Source: Deltaproteobacteria bacterium
GTDB lineage: Bacteria; Myxococcota; B64-G9
DNA: 64,000 nt
Direction: 5' to 3'
Assembly (NCBI GenBank): GCA_019307065.1
Contig: JAFDKH010000052.1
Span: 5,097 to 69,096, forward strand
Shown: positions 37,755 through 46,559 of the stretch, in pieces
Numbering within the stretch: the stretch's first letter is position 1
How the letters are laid out: the number at the start of each line of letters is the position of its first letter
The notes under the pieces: generated by a model
The model's input: the letters and a program-made list of their open reading frames with translations, nothing else
Told to the model about the DNA's origin: nothing
Database searches by the model: none
Made by a program: the position numbers and the translations under genes

Positions 37755-38498
37755 TTGAACCGGGCCGGGTGGCAAGATTTCACCATCAGGAAAGCGGCAC
37801 AAGCACAGAGTATCCCCGTTCAGAGACAAGTAGCTGCCTCCTGCTAAAGCTGCTCCGGTGTTGGCAATAACCAGCTGTCTGGTCTTTTCAAGCAGCGGTT
37901 GGTGGGTGTGGGCATAAACTACAACATCGGCTCCGGAGACCATGCCTTCTTCCAGCGCCGCCTGCCGGGCGGAGTTGGCTTCGTTGACACGTCCCGGCCA
38001 GGTGTTGTGCCGACTGAAAGTCGCAAAAGCGAGCGCGAACCGAAAGATAAGTTTATCCGGAAGCAGGTAGTCACGTGCAAAACGTATTGGCAGACTTTGT
38101 AGGCCTCTGCGTAACAGGCGAGTGCCGAAATCGGTCGGGCTGGTCCGGTCGCCATGAAGAAGCCTGAAGACAAACCCGTTCAGCGTCAGAGTGACTGGAG
38201 CCGGCTGAATGATTGCACCGGCCAGGCCGGGAATATCGGACGAAAGATCGAAATCATGGTTGCCTTCGATGTAATGGTAGGGTGCGAATCGCTGCATAGC
38301 TTCAAGGACGGGGGCGTATGCCTCGGCCGCGGCCTGGTTCTTGCCCGCCAGGAAATCGAACAGATCACCGACGACAATCAGGCCACCTGCAACGGGTTCT
38401 ATCTGGTTCAGAAAACGAACCAAGCTGCCTTGATTATTATCTTGCCGGCCGCGCAAGTGGGCATCGGCGATAAACAGGATTTGCTTAGAAGCGGTCAA
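37704..38498 (-). CDS. LpxH-like metallophosphoesterase (UDP-2,3-diacylglucosamine hydrolase family)
   Basis: Calcineurin-type motifs FIADAHL, VVGDLFD, GNHD, LLHGD and AHTHQP. Start set at the in-frame TTG 38498, which forms TTGA with the trmB stop. The 3' end overlaps convergent ubiA-like gene by 51 nt. Confidence 0.6.
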   Translation of the reverse strand: MTASKQILFIADAHLRGRQDNNQGSLVRFLNQIEPVAGGLIVVGDLFDFLAGKNQAAAEAYAPVLEAMQRFAPYHYIEGNHDFDLSSDIPGLAGAIIQPAPVTLTLNGFVFRLLHGDRTSPTDFGTRLLRRGLQSLPIRFARDYLLPDKLIFRFALAFATFSRHNTWPGRVNEANSARQAALEEGMVSGADVVVYAHTHQPLLEKTRQLVIANTGAALAGGSYLSLNGDTLCLCRFPDGEILPPGPVQLKHVVQDNHNRSNPTD

Positions 38499-39121
38499 GA
38501 TCCACCTGGCTTCTGGTCGCTGCGGCAAAAGGCCAGCCGGCTTACTGGAATTCCGAGCTGGAGGCACTTTTTTTCACGATGTGAGCTCAGGCCTCCCAGC
38601 TTCTCACTCCGAATTCGATCGACATCCGCTTCAACGAAACCAGGGTTACTTTCGAAGATTTGGCGGATCTCCGCTGCCAGATCGGGAACATCGGTCTGAA
38701 TGAAGACCCATCCACGCGGGACCAGAAGAGAGGCGAACTGCCCGACCAGTGCAGGCTGGATCAAGCGTCGCTTGCGGTGGCGTTTTTTCCACCAAGGATC
38801 GGGGTGGTGGATAGTAAATCCGGCTATGCTGCCTTTCGCGAAAAGTACCGGCAAATCCTGAGTCACATCACAGCGGAGCGCTTGCAGATTAGTGATCTTT
38901 TCTGCCAGGCAACGGGTCTGCAGCAATTCTATCCACTTTATGCGGGCATCCAGGGCGATCTGGTTGATCTCGGGAAATTCGACTGCACGCAGCTTAGCAA
39001 AGTATCCGCGTCCGCAGCCTAGATCGACTTCAAGCGGAGCTCGGCGGCCAAATAAATTTTCCCAGTCAGGTTGTGAAAGCGTTATTCCCTGAGCGGCTGC
39101 GATTCTTAATAGAGATTTCAT
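38495..39121 (-). CDS. trmB: tRNA (guanine46-N7)-methyltransferase TrmB
   Basis: 208 aa. SAM motif LEVDLGCGRGYF. TrmB hallmark HHPDPWWKKRHRKRRL. Confidence 0.85.
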   Translation of the reverse strand: MKSLLRIAAAQGITLSQPDWENLFGRRAPLEVDLGCGRGYFAKLRAVEFPEINQIALDARIKWIELLQTRCLAEKITNLQALRCDVTQDLPVLFAKGSIAGFTIHHPDPWWKKRHRKRRLIQPALVGQFASLLVPRGWVFIQTDVPDLAAEIRQIFESNPGFVEADVDRIRSEKLGGLSSHREKKCLQLGIPVSRLAFCRSDQKPGGS

Positions 39122-39256
39122 TATATTTATTCAGACACGCTAGTTTGCTTGAGAGTTGATTCTTGCCCAGGCTTCACCTACCATCAGGAGACTCCACTTT
39201 GCAGTTTGTACCGGCTGGGCTTGTGTTCTGTCAAGACTGACTTGAAGGAGGTGTGT

Positions 39257-40585
39257 ATGAGTGCCACGCTTTGGGACCTTTGGCAAGAGGTGGTTCGGGC
39301 TTTCGAGCAAGGTCAGTGGGACCAGGCGCTGAAGCGTTGTATCGTCATTTTGCAAGGAGCTCCGGCTTGTTTCGAGGCCCGCATGAAAATCGGCGACATT
39401 TTGCTAAAGCAGGGCCGGGTTACCGAAGCTCAGGAAGTTTACAAGATAATTGCCTGGCATTTTACCAAGGCCGGTTTTCCGCTACTGGCAATCACCGCGA
39501 TCAAGATGATGACTTCACTTGACGACCGTAACATAGATGTCATGGACATTCTGGCCAGTCTTTATTCGTCCGAATCCGATCGGGTAAGTGCCGAAGCGCC
39601 GCATCCACAGCTACCAAAACTGTCTGTGGTGGAAATCAGTCAAGCCGGTCAGAACGTAGACATTGTCATCAACTTGGCTGGACAAGAATTGTGCGATCTG
39701 GCGGCTAAATTGGCGAGCGACGAAAAGGGCTTGCAAGACTACCCCGAGAAACTGCCCGCCATCCCCTTGTTTTCTGATTTACCCGAAGAGGCTTTTCATA
39801 AGCTCTTAGGAGATTTGAAACTGAAGCGCTTGGGTCGGGGTGGAATGATTTTACGTGAGGGGGAAAAGGGCGAATCGTTTTTCATTCAGGCCCGCGGTGA
39901 AGTCGAAATAAGCAAGCTGGTCGGGGGTGAGCAGTTGATCCTGGCGAAACTGGGTGACAATGCAGTCTTCGGGGAAATGGCCTTGGTTTCCAATGAGCCA
40001 CGCTCGGCCAGTGTAAGAGCAGTCAGCCAGGTTGATTTGCTCGAACTGACCCGCTTAGATCTCGAGCGCGAAGCCGAGCAATACGTTTCTATCTCAAAAG
40101 CACTCAAGAAATTCACTCGCTCGCGCTTGCTCAGCAACCTAATGGCTTTGTCGAGTGTTTTTCGGGTACTGCCGCATGACGAGCGGCACGCCGCTCTGGA
40201 CAGATTTATTTCGATGGAAGTCAAAAATGGACAAGTCATCATCGAAGAGGGCAGAAAAGGCATTGGCCTGTTCGTTATTTTGAGAGGCGAAGCCGAAGTC
40301 AAGAAACGAGATGGCGACACGTTGGTGCCCCTGGCGCTGCTGAGAGAAGGGGATGTATTCGGTGAAATCGCCCTGATCAAGGATTTGCCGACTAGCGCCA
40401 CTGTCATTGCCGGTTCGGACGGAGAATTTCTATTTCTGTCGCGCAAGGAGTTTGAAGACTGCATCCGAGCTAGCCCTGACTTGTGGCGGACTCTCGGAGA
40501 GATCTCGGATGATCGCTTGAAAGAAACCGCCCGTCTGATGACCGAGACAGATTTCTTAGGTGATGACGAATTCGTGCTGATTTGA
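39257..40585 (+). CDS. Cyclic-nucleotide-binding protein (N-terminal TPR-like region plus two CAP_ED domains, no output domain)
   Basis: GAAGGAGG RBS before ATG 39257. Two cNMP-binding cores (FGEMALVSNEPRSASVRA and FGEIALIKDLPTSATVIA). Confidence 0.8.
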   Translation: MSATLWDLWQEVVRAFEQGQWDQALKRCIVILQGAPACFEARMKIGDILLKQGRVTEAQEVYKIIAWHFTKAGFPLLAITAIKMMTSLDDRNIDVMDILASLYSSESDRVSAEAPHPQLPKLSVVEISQAGQNVDIVINLAGQELCDLAAKLASDEKGLQDYPEKLPAIPLFSDLPEEAFHKLLGDLKLKRLGRGGMILREGEKGESFFIQARGEVEISKLVGGEQLILAKLGDNAVFGEMALVSNEPRSASVRAVSQVDLLELTRLDLEREAEQYVSISKALKKFTRSRLLSNLMALSSVFRVLPHDERHAALDRFISMEVKNGQVIIEEGRKGIGLFVILRGEAEVKKRDGDTLVPLALLREGDVFGEIALIKDLPTSATVIAGSDGEFLFLSRKEFEDCIRASPDLWRTLGEISDDRLKETARLMTETDFLGDDEFVLI

Positions 40586-40589
40586 CTTT
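40559..40589 (+). repeat. Direct repeat copy A (last 8 codons, stop, and 4 nt of the cNMP-binding gene)
   Basis: GGTGATGACGAATTCGTGCTGATTTGACTTT is 29/31 identical to 46560-46590. Confidence 0.95.
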
Positions 40590-40620
40590 TCGTAAGGTAT
40601 GATCAATCCAGAGTGTAAAC

Positions 40621-41760
40621 TTGAAGACTAGAACCAAAATCGCCACGTTGTTGTTTGTGTTCCTGTTCGCCAACTGCAGTTCAAATAGCCAGAATGAGCC
40701 GCCCGACGGGGCCGTTGACGCACAAGACGCAGACGGCGGAGCGGTTACCGATCTGGACTCACCAGGTGATCGTGACGACAAAGCGGATGCTGACCAGGAC
40801 ACCCTGGATGGTGACGGGTCCCCAAGTGATTTTGGCATAGACGGTGAACAGGACGGCGACGGGCAGGATGCTGACGGGTCGAGCGGTGATTCCGGCAGCG
40901 ATGGAGGACAAGACGGCGATGACAGCCAACCCGGGTGCGCAGGTTACAGCGCGGGTGTTCAGGCAGGCACCATCGACAATTTCCTTCTGTATGAACTATC
41001 CGGCATTACGGCCAGTCAGCGAAACAGCGACGTGCTGTGGACTCACAACGACGGCGGCAATCCAAAACTGTTCGCGGTCGGGACCGACTCGGAGTTTTTA
41101 GGGACCTACTCGCTGCTGGATGTAGTTACCCACGACTGGGAGGACATCGCGGTCGGACCGGGCCCGCAGCCCGGCACGACCTATGTCTACGTTGGCGACC
41201 ACGGAAACAACGGCCGCGACCGGCAGCGGGTCTGGGTCCACCGGGTGCCCGAACCGGACCTGGGCGCCGCCGAGCCCCCCTTCGATCTGGATCTTTCCGG
41301 TGGTGAAACGTTCCTGCTGGACTATCCGGATGATCGGCACGACGTGGAAACCCTGCTGGTTGATCCGGTCACTGGGGACGTCTACCTGGTGACCAAGGCC
41401 TACGAGGGCCCGACCATCCTGTTTAGGGCAGCTGCTCCATTAGAAGACGGCCAGGTGGTGACCCTTGAGCAAATGAACACGATCGACCTGGGTTCGAACC
41501 CCAATCTCAATCTGGCTACGGGTGGTGACGTCAGCCTGTCCGGCGACCGGATCGTCATCCGGACCAAGCTGACCGCCTTCATCTGGATCCGGCCATCGGG
41601 TACGCCGTTCTGGGAGGCTTTCGACAGCGAACCCTGCACGGTTCCGCTGCAACTCGAGTTGACCGGCGAAGCCGCGGGATTCGCCGCCGACGGGGTGAGC
41701 TTCTACACCACTTCCGAGTGGCTCAATCCACCGCTTTATTACTACGAATACAGCCGCTGA
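40621..41760 (+). CDS. Lipoprotein with an Asp/Gly-rich acidic linker and a C-terminal beta-rich domain of unknown function
   Basis: TTG start. Lipobox FLFANCSS. About 90 aa of D/G/S-rich sequence, then a globular region (VLWTHNDGGNPKLFAV...HDWEDIAVGPG). Confidence 0.65.
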   Translation: MKTRTKIATLLFVFLFANCSSNSQNEPPDGAVDAQDADGGAVTDLDSPGDRDDKADADQDTLDGDGSPSDFGIDGEQDGDGQDADGSSGDSGSDGGQDGDDSQPGCAGYSAGVQAGTIDNFLLYELSGITASQRNSDVLWTHNDGGNPKLFAVGTDSEFLGTYSLLDVVTHDWEDIAVGPGPQPGTTYVYVGDHGNNGRDRQRVWVHRVPEPDLGAAEPPFDLDLSGGETFLLDYPDDRHDVETLLVDPVTGDVYLVTKAYEGPTILFRAAAPLEDGQVVTLEQMNTIDLGSNPNLNLATGGDVSLSGDRIVIRTKLTAFIWIRPSGTPFWEAFDSEPCTVPLQLELTGEAAGFAADGVSFYTTSEWLNPPLYYYEYSR

Positions 41761-41801
41761 AAAAACCTGTCAGGCTACATTTCTAAGCACCTATTTTCTG
41801 C

Positions 41802-41842
41802 TTGACAGTAAAATTTGAAATTGGTATATTGGTAGTACCAAT
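41802..41842 (+). promoter_or_regulatory. Near-consensus sigma-70 promoter plus a perfect GntR-type palindromic operator
   Basis: TTGACA (41802-41807), 17-nt spacer, TATATT (41825-41830). Palindrome ATTGGTAgTACCAAT (41828-41842) overlaps the -10 box and the ATG at 41841. Confidence 0.55.
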
Positions 41843-42602
41843 GAGCCAATTAAAGAAAAAATCGACTGTCGAATTATTCGAACCGGTAGAAATTTCAAGT
41901 ACTTCTGAGCTGGTCGCTGAAGCCATCCGCAAGACGATCTTGGCGGGAGATGTCTCCCCTGGAGACACCTTGCCTCCCGAGCGGACCTTGGCCGAGCGGT
42001 TTAGGGTGACCCGCAACACGGTCCGCGAGGCACTCAAACGGCTGGAATACTCCCGGCTGGTTTCCATTCGACAGGGAAGCGGCGTGAAGGTGCTCGACTA
42101 CTTGGCCCATGCGGGACTGGAGTTCGTCACCACCCTGTTTGGCTCCAAAGCAGCCAGTCAGAATGAGATGGTCACCGACCTGGTGCAGGCCCGGGCAGTG
42201 GTCGGAGAAGCTATCTACCACCATGCCATCGATCACTTCAATCCCAAGGCCCTCGACAGCCTGCGCGAGTCAGTCGATGATCTTGCAGCAGAGGCGGACA
42301 AGGCCAGGCCCGATGTGCGCAAGCTTCAGGAACTCGACTTCGAGGTTCAACACCGACTGCTACGCGGAGGAAAGAACCGCACAATCATCCTGCTGCATAA
42401 TTCCATTCGCTACATTTACGGCGGTATCGCCCATCTGTTCGAACCGCTGGTGGAAAAACCTCAGAGGCTGGTTCAAGAATATCGCCGGCTGCTTACCGAC
42501 CTGGAGACCGGAAATCGGCGGGGTGCCAAGCAGATCATCACGGTCATCTTCGCCATGCAGCAGTTGGCAATGGCTCGCAAGCTACCGAGAGGTGGCCCGT
42601 GA
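41841..42602 (+). CDS. GntR-family transcriptional regulator, FadR subfamily (wHTH plus FCD domain)
   Basis: GntR wHTH (LPPERTLAERFRVTRNTVREALKRLEYSRLVSIRQGSGVKV) followed by an all-helical C-terminal domain. Start moved to ATG 41841 because the tracked TTG 41802 is the -35 box. Confidence 0.8.
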   Translation: MSQLKKKSTVELFEPVEISSTSELVAEAIRKTILAGDVSPGDTLPPERTLAERFRVTRNTVREALKRLEYSRLVSIRQGSGVKVLDYLAHAGLEFVTTLFGSKAASQNEMVTDLVQARAVVGEAIYHHAIDHFNPKALDSLRESVDDLAAEADKARPDVRKLQELDFEVQHRLLRGGKNRTIILLHNSIRYIYGGIAHLFEPLVEKPQRLVQEYRRLLTDLETGNRRGAKQIITVIFAMQQLAMARKLPRGGP

Positions 42603-45142
42603 CGGCACTCGATCCACGGGTTGCCCGACTCAAGGAGCGTCTTCTCTCGGCGCCCTACGAGGTTTGCATGGCGCGCGCTCTGCATTTCACTCGATCATAT
42701 CGGGAGACCGAAGGGCAAGATCCTTGCCTGCGCAACGCGATGGCGCTTCGGCGTACACTAAAAAAACAGAAGATCTTCCTCTACCCGGACGAGTGGCTGG
42801 CGGGTTCCAAAACCGAGCGATATCTGGCGGGGCCCTTGTCGGTGGAACGGGGAGACTTGTTACGTGCGCTGCAGATGGAAATGGAAATCCTGCCATTGAA
42901 GCAACGACCCTTCTTCATCTCCGCCGAAGACAAGCGGCTGTTCTACGAAGAGGTTCTGCCTTACTGGGATGGCCGCACTGTCCGGGACCGCAAGGCATCC
43001 GAGTGGCAGCGCCGGGGGCTGATCGATACCCGAAGCGGTCCGATCAAGAGCGCTCGGCGGATCGCCAACCTGGTCCGGTCCTTGCGGGGCACAGGCAAGG
43101 GTCAGTACCGCAAGCTCTTCGGGGCCAATCTTGAAGGACGTCTCAGCCTGGACCGGCTGCGGACTCTCTACCGGATGCGTTTCGAACTCGCCCGCAACAA
43201 TCCGACCCCCGCGGTTTTCTGTTTCGACGTCCAGGGCCACCTGTGTCTGGGTGTGGACAAAGTCGTTGAGCTGGGCCTGGAGACCATTATCGAAGATGCC
43301 CGGGGACGCATGGCGCGTCTCGAAACGGAAGAGCCCGGGAATAAGAAGAAACACAATTTTCTAAAGGCCGTGATCATGAGCCTGAAAGCGGCCTGTGAAT
43401 ATGCCGAACGATTCGCCAAACTGGCACAAGAACGGGCGGCCTTGGTCGACGACCCGGACGAGAAACAACGGTTGCTCACAATCGCTAACAATTGCCGGGT
43501 GGTGCCGAGACACCGGCCGGAGACTTTCCACCAGGCACTTCAGGCGGCCTGGTTCGCACTGATGATCGGTGAGATCCAGTACGGGACCCACGAGATTTTC
43601 GCCGTGGGGAGAATCGATCAATACTTAGCTTCGGCCTACCGCAGGGACAAACAAAAAGGAAACCTAGCCGAATCGCAGGCAATCGCCCTCCTCCAGGAGT
43701 TTTTTCTCAAGCAGACAGCCAACGTGGACCCGATTCCCGAATTGGGCATGGAGGCAAATGGGGTCCTGGGCAACAGCCAGCATGTGGCCGTGATCGGCGG
43801 ACTTACTCCGGAAGGAAAGGACGCCACCACCGATCTGACCTACCTGATTTTGGACGCCTTCGAACAGATGAACGGTTCTTTAAATCAGCTCTCGGTCCGT
43901 ATCGCCAAACAGTCGCCTGCGGCACTCTTGCAGCGCACCGTTGAGGTGTTCCGCCGCACGAATGGAATCGCCATCTACAACGACGAAGTCATTATCCGCG
44001 CGTTGCGTTCGGATGGCCTGACCATCTCCGATGCCCGCGACTACTGCATCGTCGGCTGCATCGAGACTTCCGGCCAATCGGATACCCATGGATGTCCCGG
44101 CGGGCACGAACTGGTTCTACCGGCCGTCTTGTGGTTTTGCCTTACACGGGGCAAGCGTCCCGTTCCGGCTCCAGGGCAAAAAGGTGGCATAGATTGCGGT
44201 GATCCGGAAGGGTTCGACACGTTTGCAGCGTTCACCCAGGCCTTTAGGAAGCAGCTTTCCCATCAGGTTGAAGTCCTGGCTCGGGCCGCCGAGGCCAAAG
44301 ACAGGGCGCACCGCGAGTTCCTGCCGGCACCCTATGTTTCGGCCTTGATGGATGACTGCATCGAGCGCTGTCGGGATATCACCGACGGCGGGGCCCGCTA
44401 CGACTTCACCTCCTTGGACGTACGCGGCTTGGCCACCCTGGTGGACTCCATGCTGGCCATCCGCTACTTCGTTTACGAGCGGCGAGAGCTTTCCCTCAAA
44501 GAGTTTGTCCGCATTCTTCAAAACGACTACCGTGACCACGAGACTCTTCGTCAACGCATCATACGCGAGGCTCCCAAGTACGGGGTCGGAGACACGCCTG
44601 CCGACGATCTTGCCGTACAGGTCATCGGTTGGATTCATGCCAACGTCCGGAATCGGCGCAACCTGCGTGGGGGACAATACCGAGTTTGCTTCTATTCGTA
44701 CGGCAACCACGTCATCGATGGGCTCCTGCTCGGTGCCACGCCGGACGGTCGCAAGACCGGCCAGCCGACCTCCAACGGCGTTTCCCCCAGCAACATGTTC
44801 GTGTCGCGAAGTGGGCCCCAGGGCCCGATGAAATCCGCCGCCCGCATTCCGCCCGAGCATGCCTCGTCCGGCGTCTCGTTGAACATGCGTTTCCATCCCG
44901 GCATTCTTAAGTCGGACGAGGGAGTCCGAACCTTCGCCCGAACCATTCAGACCTACTTCGATCTGGGCGGCATGCACATCCAGCCCAACGTGGTCTCCAC
45001 GGAAACGTTGCGAAAGGCCCAGAAGAACCCGGACGAATACAAGGATCTGGTGGTGAAGGTCTCCGGCTACTCGGCCTATTTCTGCGACCTGGGCAAATCC
45101 ATCCAGGAAGACATCATCGCCCGCACTGAGTTCGGCTCATGA
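42599..45142 (+). CDS. Glycyl radical enzyme, PFL2 / eliminase-type (substrate unknown)
   Basis: 847 aa. GTGA overlap with the gntR stop. Cys loop IVGCIETSG (Cys487, Glu489 by my count). Glycyl loop LVVKVSGYSAYFCDL (Gly823). N-terminus RLKERLLSAPYEVCMARALHFTRSYRETEG is typical of the PFL2 family. Confidence 0.85.
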   Translation: MTALDPRVARLKERLLSAPYEVCMARALHFTRSYRETEGQDPCLRNAMALRRTLKKQKIFLYPDEWLAGSKTERYLAGPLSVERGDLLRALQMEMEILPLKQRPFFISAEDKRLFYEEVLPYWDGRTVRDRKASEWQRRGLIDTRSGPIKSARRIANLVRSLRGTGKGQYRKLFGANLEGRLSLDRLRTLYRMRFELARNNPTPAVFCFDVQGHLCLGVDKVVELGLETIIEDARGRMARLETEEPGNKKKHNFLKAVIMSLKAACEYAERFAKLAQERAALVDDPDEKQRLLTIANNCRVVPRHRPETFHQALQAAWFALMIGEIQYGTHEIFAVGRIDQYLASAYRRDKQKGNLAESQAIALLQEFFLKQTANVDPIPELGMEANGVLGNSQHVAVIGGLTPEGKDATTDLTYLILDAFEQMNGSLNQLSVRIAKQSPAALLQRTVEVFRRTNGIAIYNDEVIIRALRSDGLTISDARDYCIVGCIETSGQSDTHGCPGGHELVLPAVLWFCLTRGKRPVPAPGQKGGIDCGDPEGFDTFAAFTQAFRKQLSHQVEVLARAAEAKDRAHREFLPAPYVSALMDDCIERCRDITDGGARYDFTSLDVRGLATLVDSMLAIRYFVYERRELSLKEFVRILQNDYRDHETLRQRIIREAPKYGVGDTPADDLAVQVIGWIHANVRNRRNLRGGQYRVCFYSYGNHVIDGLLLGATPDGRKTGQPTSNGVSPSNMFVSRSGPQGPMKSAARIPPEHASSGVSLNMRFHPGILKSDEGVRTFARTIQTYFDLGGMHIQPNVVSTETLRKAQKNPDEYKDLVVKVSGYSAYFCDLGKSIQEDIIARTEFGS

Positions 45143-45999
45143 CCGGTCGGGTCTTCGATATCTCGCGGGGGTGTGTCGATGACGGCCCCGGTCTGCGGAC
45201 CACCGTCTTCCTCAAGGGATGCCATTTGACCTGCCCCTGGTGCCATAACTTCGAGGGAAAATCCTTCCGGCCCGAAATCGCCTTCGATGAAAGTATTTGC
45301 ATCGGTTGCAAAACCTGCCAACAGGCTTGTTCGCGCACTTGGTCCCCTGATGGCTGGCGCATAGAGTGCACGGCCTGTGGCGCTTGTGCGCAGGCCTGTC
45401 CCTCCGGGGCTCGCAGACTCGTCGGGCGGGAGATAACCCCTGATGAGTTGGTTTCCGAAATAGCCGTTGATCAGGATTTCTTCGAGGGGACCGGAGGCGG
45501 AGTTACTTTCTCGGGCGGCGAGCCTCTTTCGCAGCCCGGTTTTCTCTTTGCCTGCGCAAGCAAGATCAAAAAACGCGGTATCCACCTGGCTGTCGAGACC
45601 TCAGGTTACTGGCCGGCCCGCTACGTAGCAAAACTCGAACGATGGTTTGACCTGGTCCTATTCGATCTCAAGCACGTGGATTTGGAAAAGTGTCGAAGCG
45701 AACTCGGAACCGGCAGCCGCGACGCCCTTTACAACCTGGAATCGATTTTGTTCTCTAAGCTCGCGGTTGAAGTTCGCATCACTTTGGTTCCCGGGTTCAA
45801 CGACTCGGACGACGACTTGCGTCAGCTGGCGGAATTCTTGAGATCCGCTCCCCGCCGGCCCCCGGTTCGCCTGCAACCCTTCCACCGCTTGGCGGCTTCC
45901 AAGCAGGATCTGTTCGACCAGGTCTATCCATTCGCCGGGCTCTGCCCGACCGGGGAGGAACGAATCATGGAAGCTAAGGAACTCTTCGCCGATCGGTAG
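45139..45999 (+). CDS. Glycyl-radical enzyme activating protein (radical SAM)
   Basis: ATGA overlap with the GRE stop. CxxxCxxC triad in GCHLTCPWCHN. Two ferredoxin-like motifs, CIGCKTCQQAC and CTACGACAQACP. GGEPL motif. Confidence 0.85.
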   Translation: MTGRVFDISRGCVDDGPGLRTTVFLKGCHLTCPWCHNFEGKSFRPEIAFDESICIGCKTCQQACSRTWSPDGWRIECTACGACAQACPSGARRLVGREITPDELVSEIAVDQDFFEGTGGGVTFSGGEPLSQPGFLFACASKIKKRGIHLAVETSGYWPARYVAKLERWFDLVLFDLKHVDLEKCRSELGTGSRDALYNLESILFSKLAVEVRITLVPGFNDSDDDLRQLAEFLRSAPRRPPVRLQPFHRLAASKQDLFDQVYPFAGLCPTGEERIMEAKELFADR

Positions 46000-46014
46000 G
46001 ACTTTCGTGCCGAG

Positions 46015-46512
46015 CTACATCACCCGCAGGCTTTCGTACCACTTCATGTAGGCAGCTTTGTCCCGGTTGAAGCTCTTCAAGGAAGTCTTGAGCACCAGGA
46101 GGTAGCTGCCTTTGGGGCCCACCCCGTAGGCACCCAGCACCACTAGTTTTCCGCGGACGGCCTTCCAGGTCTTGAACCACTCCCAGCCGTTCTTATCCCG
46201 GCCTTCGTCGATCTTCTTCCAGTGCTTGGGCCCGATTCCGGTTACCAGGACACCGAAGGTCTCGATTTCCTTGGCGGTGTGTTTCTTACCCAGATGGGCG
46301 ATTCCGAACAGTCGCACACCCAGGAAATTGGCGTGCAGGCCGCCCCAGCCGCCCTTCCATTCCTTGGCCTTGAGGATGGTTCCCTTGGGAACGCTCATCG
46401 AGAATCCGTATTTCTCGGACTTGGCCTCTTTCCATTCTCCGGCCAGCCCGGGGCTTGCAAAGGCCAGGCTGACAGTCAAGGCGATTGCGTATCGAATAAA
46501 CCTGGATTTCAT
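46015..46512 (-). CDS. Secreted hypothetical protein
   Basis: 165 aa. Signal peptide YAIALTVSLAFASPGLA. Trp/Lys-rich. No motif recognised. Confidence 0.6.
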   Translation of the reverse strand: MKSRFIRYAIALTVSLAFASPGLAGEWKEAKSEKYGFSMSVPKGTILKAKEWKGGWGGLHANFLGVRLFGIAHLGKKHTAKEIETFGVLVTGIGPKHWKKIDEGRDKNGWEWFKTWKAVRGKLVVLGAYGVGPKGSYLLVLKTSLKSFNRDKAAYMKWYESLRVM

Positions 46513-46559
46513 TGGAATTCTCCCGTTTTTTTGGCTGTGGTTGTAATCAACGCACCTCT

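Noticed and set aside
42109-44977. Long ORFs overlapping the GRE gene in other frames or on the other strand (42109-43134 +, 341 aa; 42860-43354 -; 43168-43491 -; 44117-44977 -, 286 aa; 44352-44831 +).
   Set aside because: They are Arg/Ala/Pro/Gly-rich with no motifs and lie entirely inside a CDS that has strong GRE motifs. This is the typical open-frame artefact of GC-rich coding DNA. I used them only as indirect evidence for the compositional shift.
40586-46559. Search for an integrase, transposase, tRNA fragment or inverted terminal repeats inside the repeat-bounded island.
   Set aside because: None was found by eye. All five ORFs have other assignments, so I do not call it an active mobile element, only a putative island.
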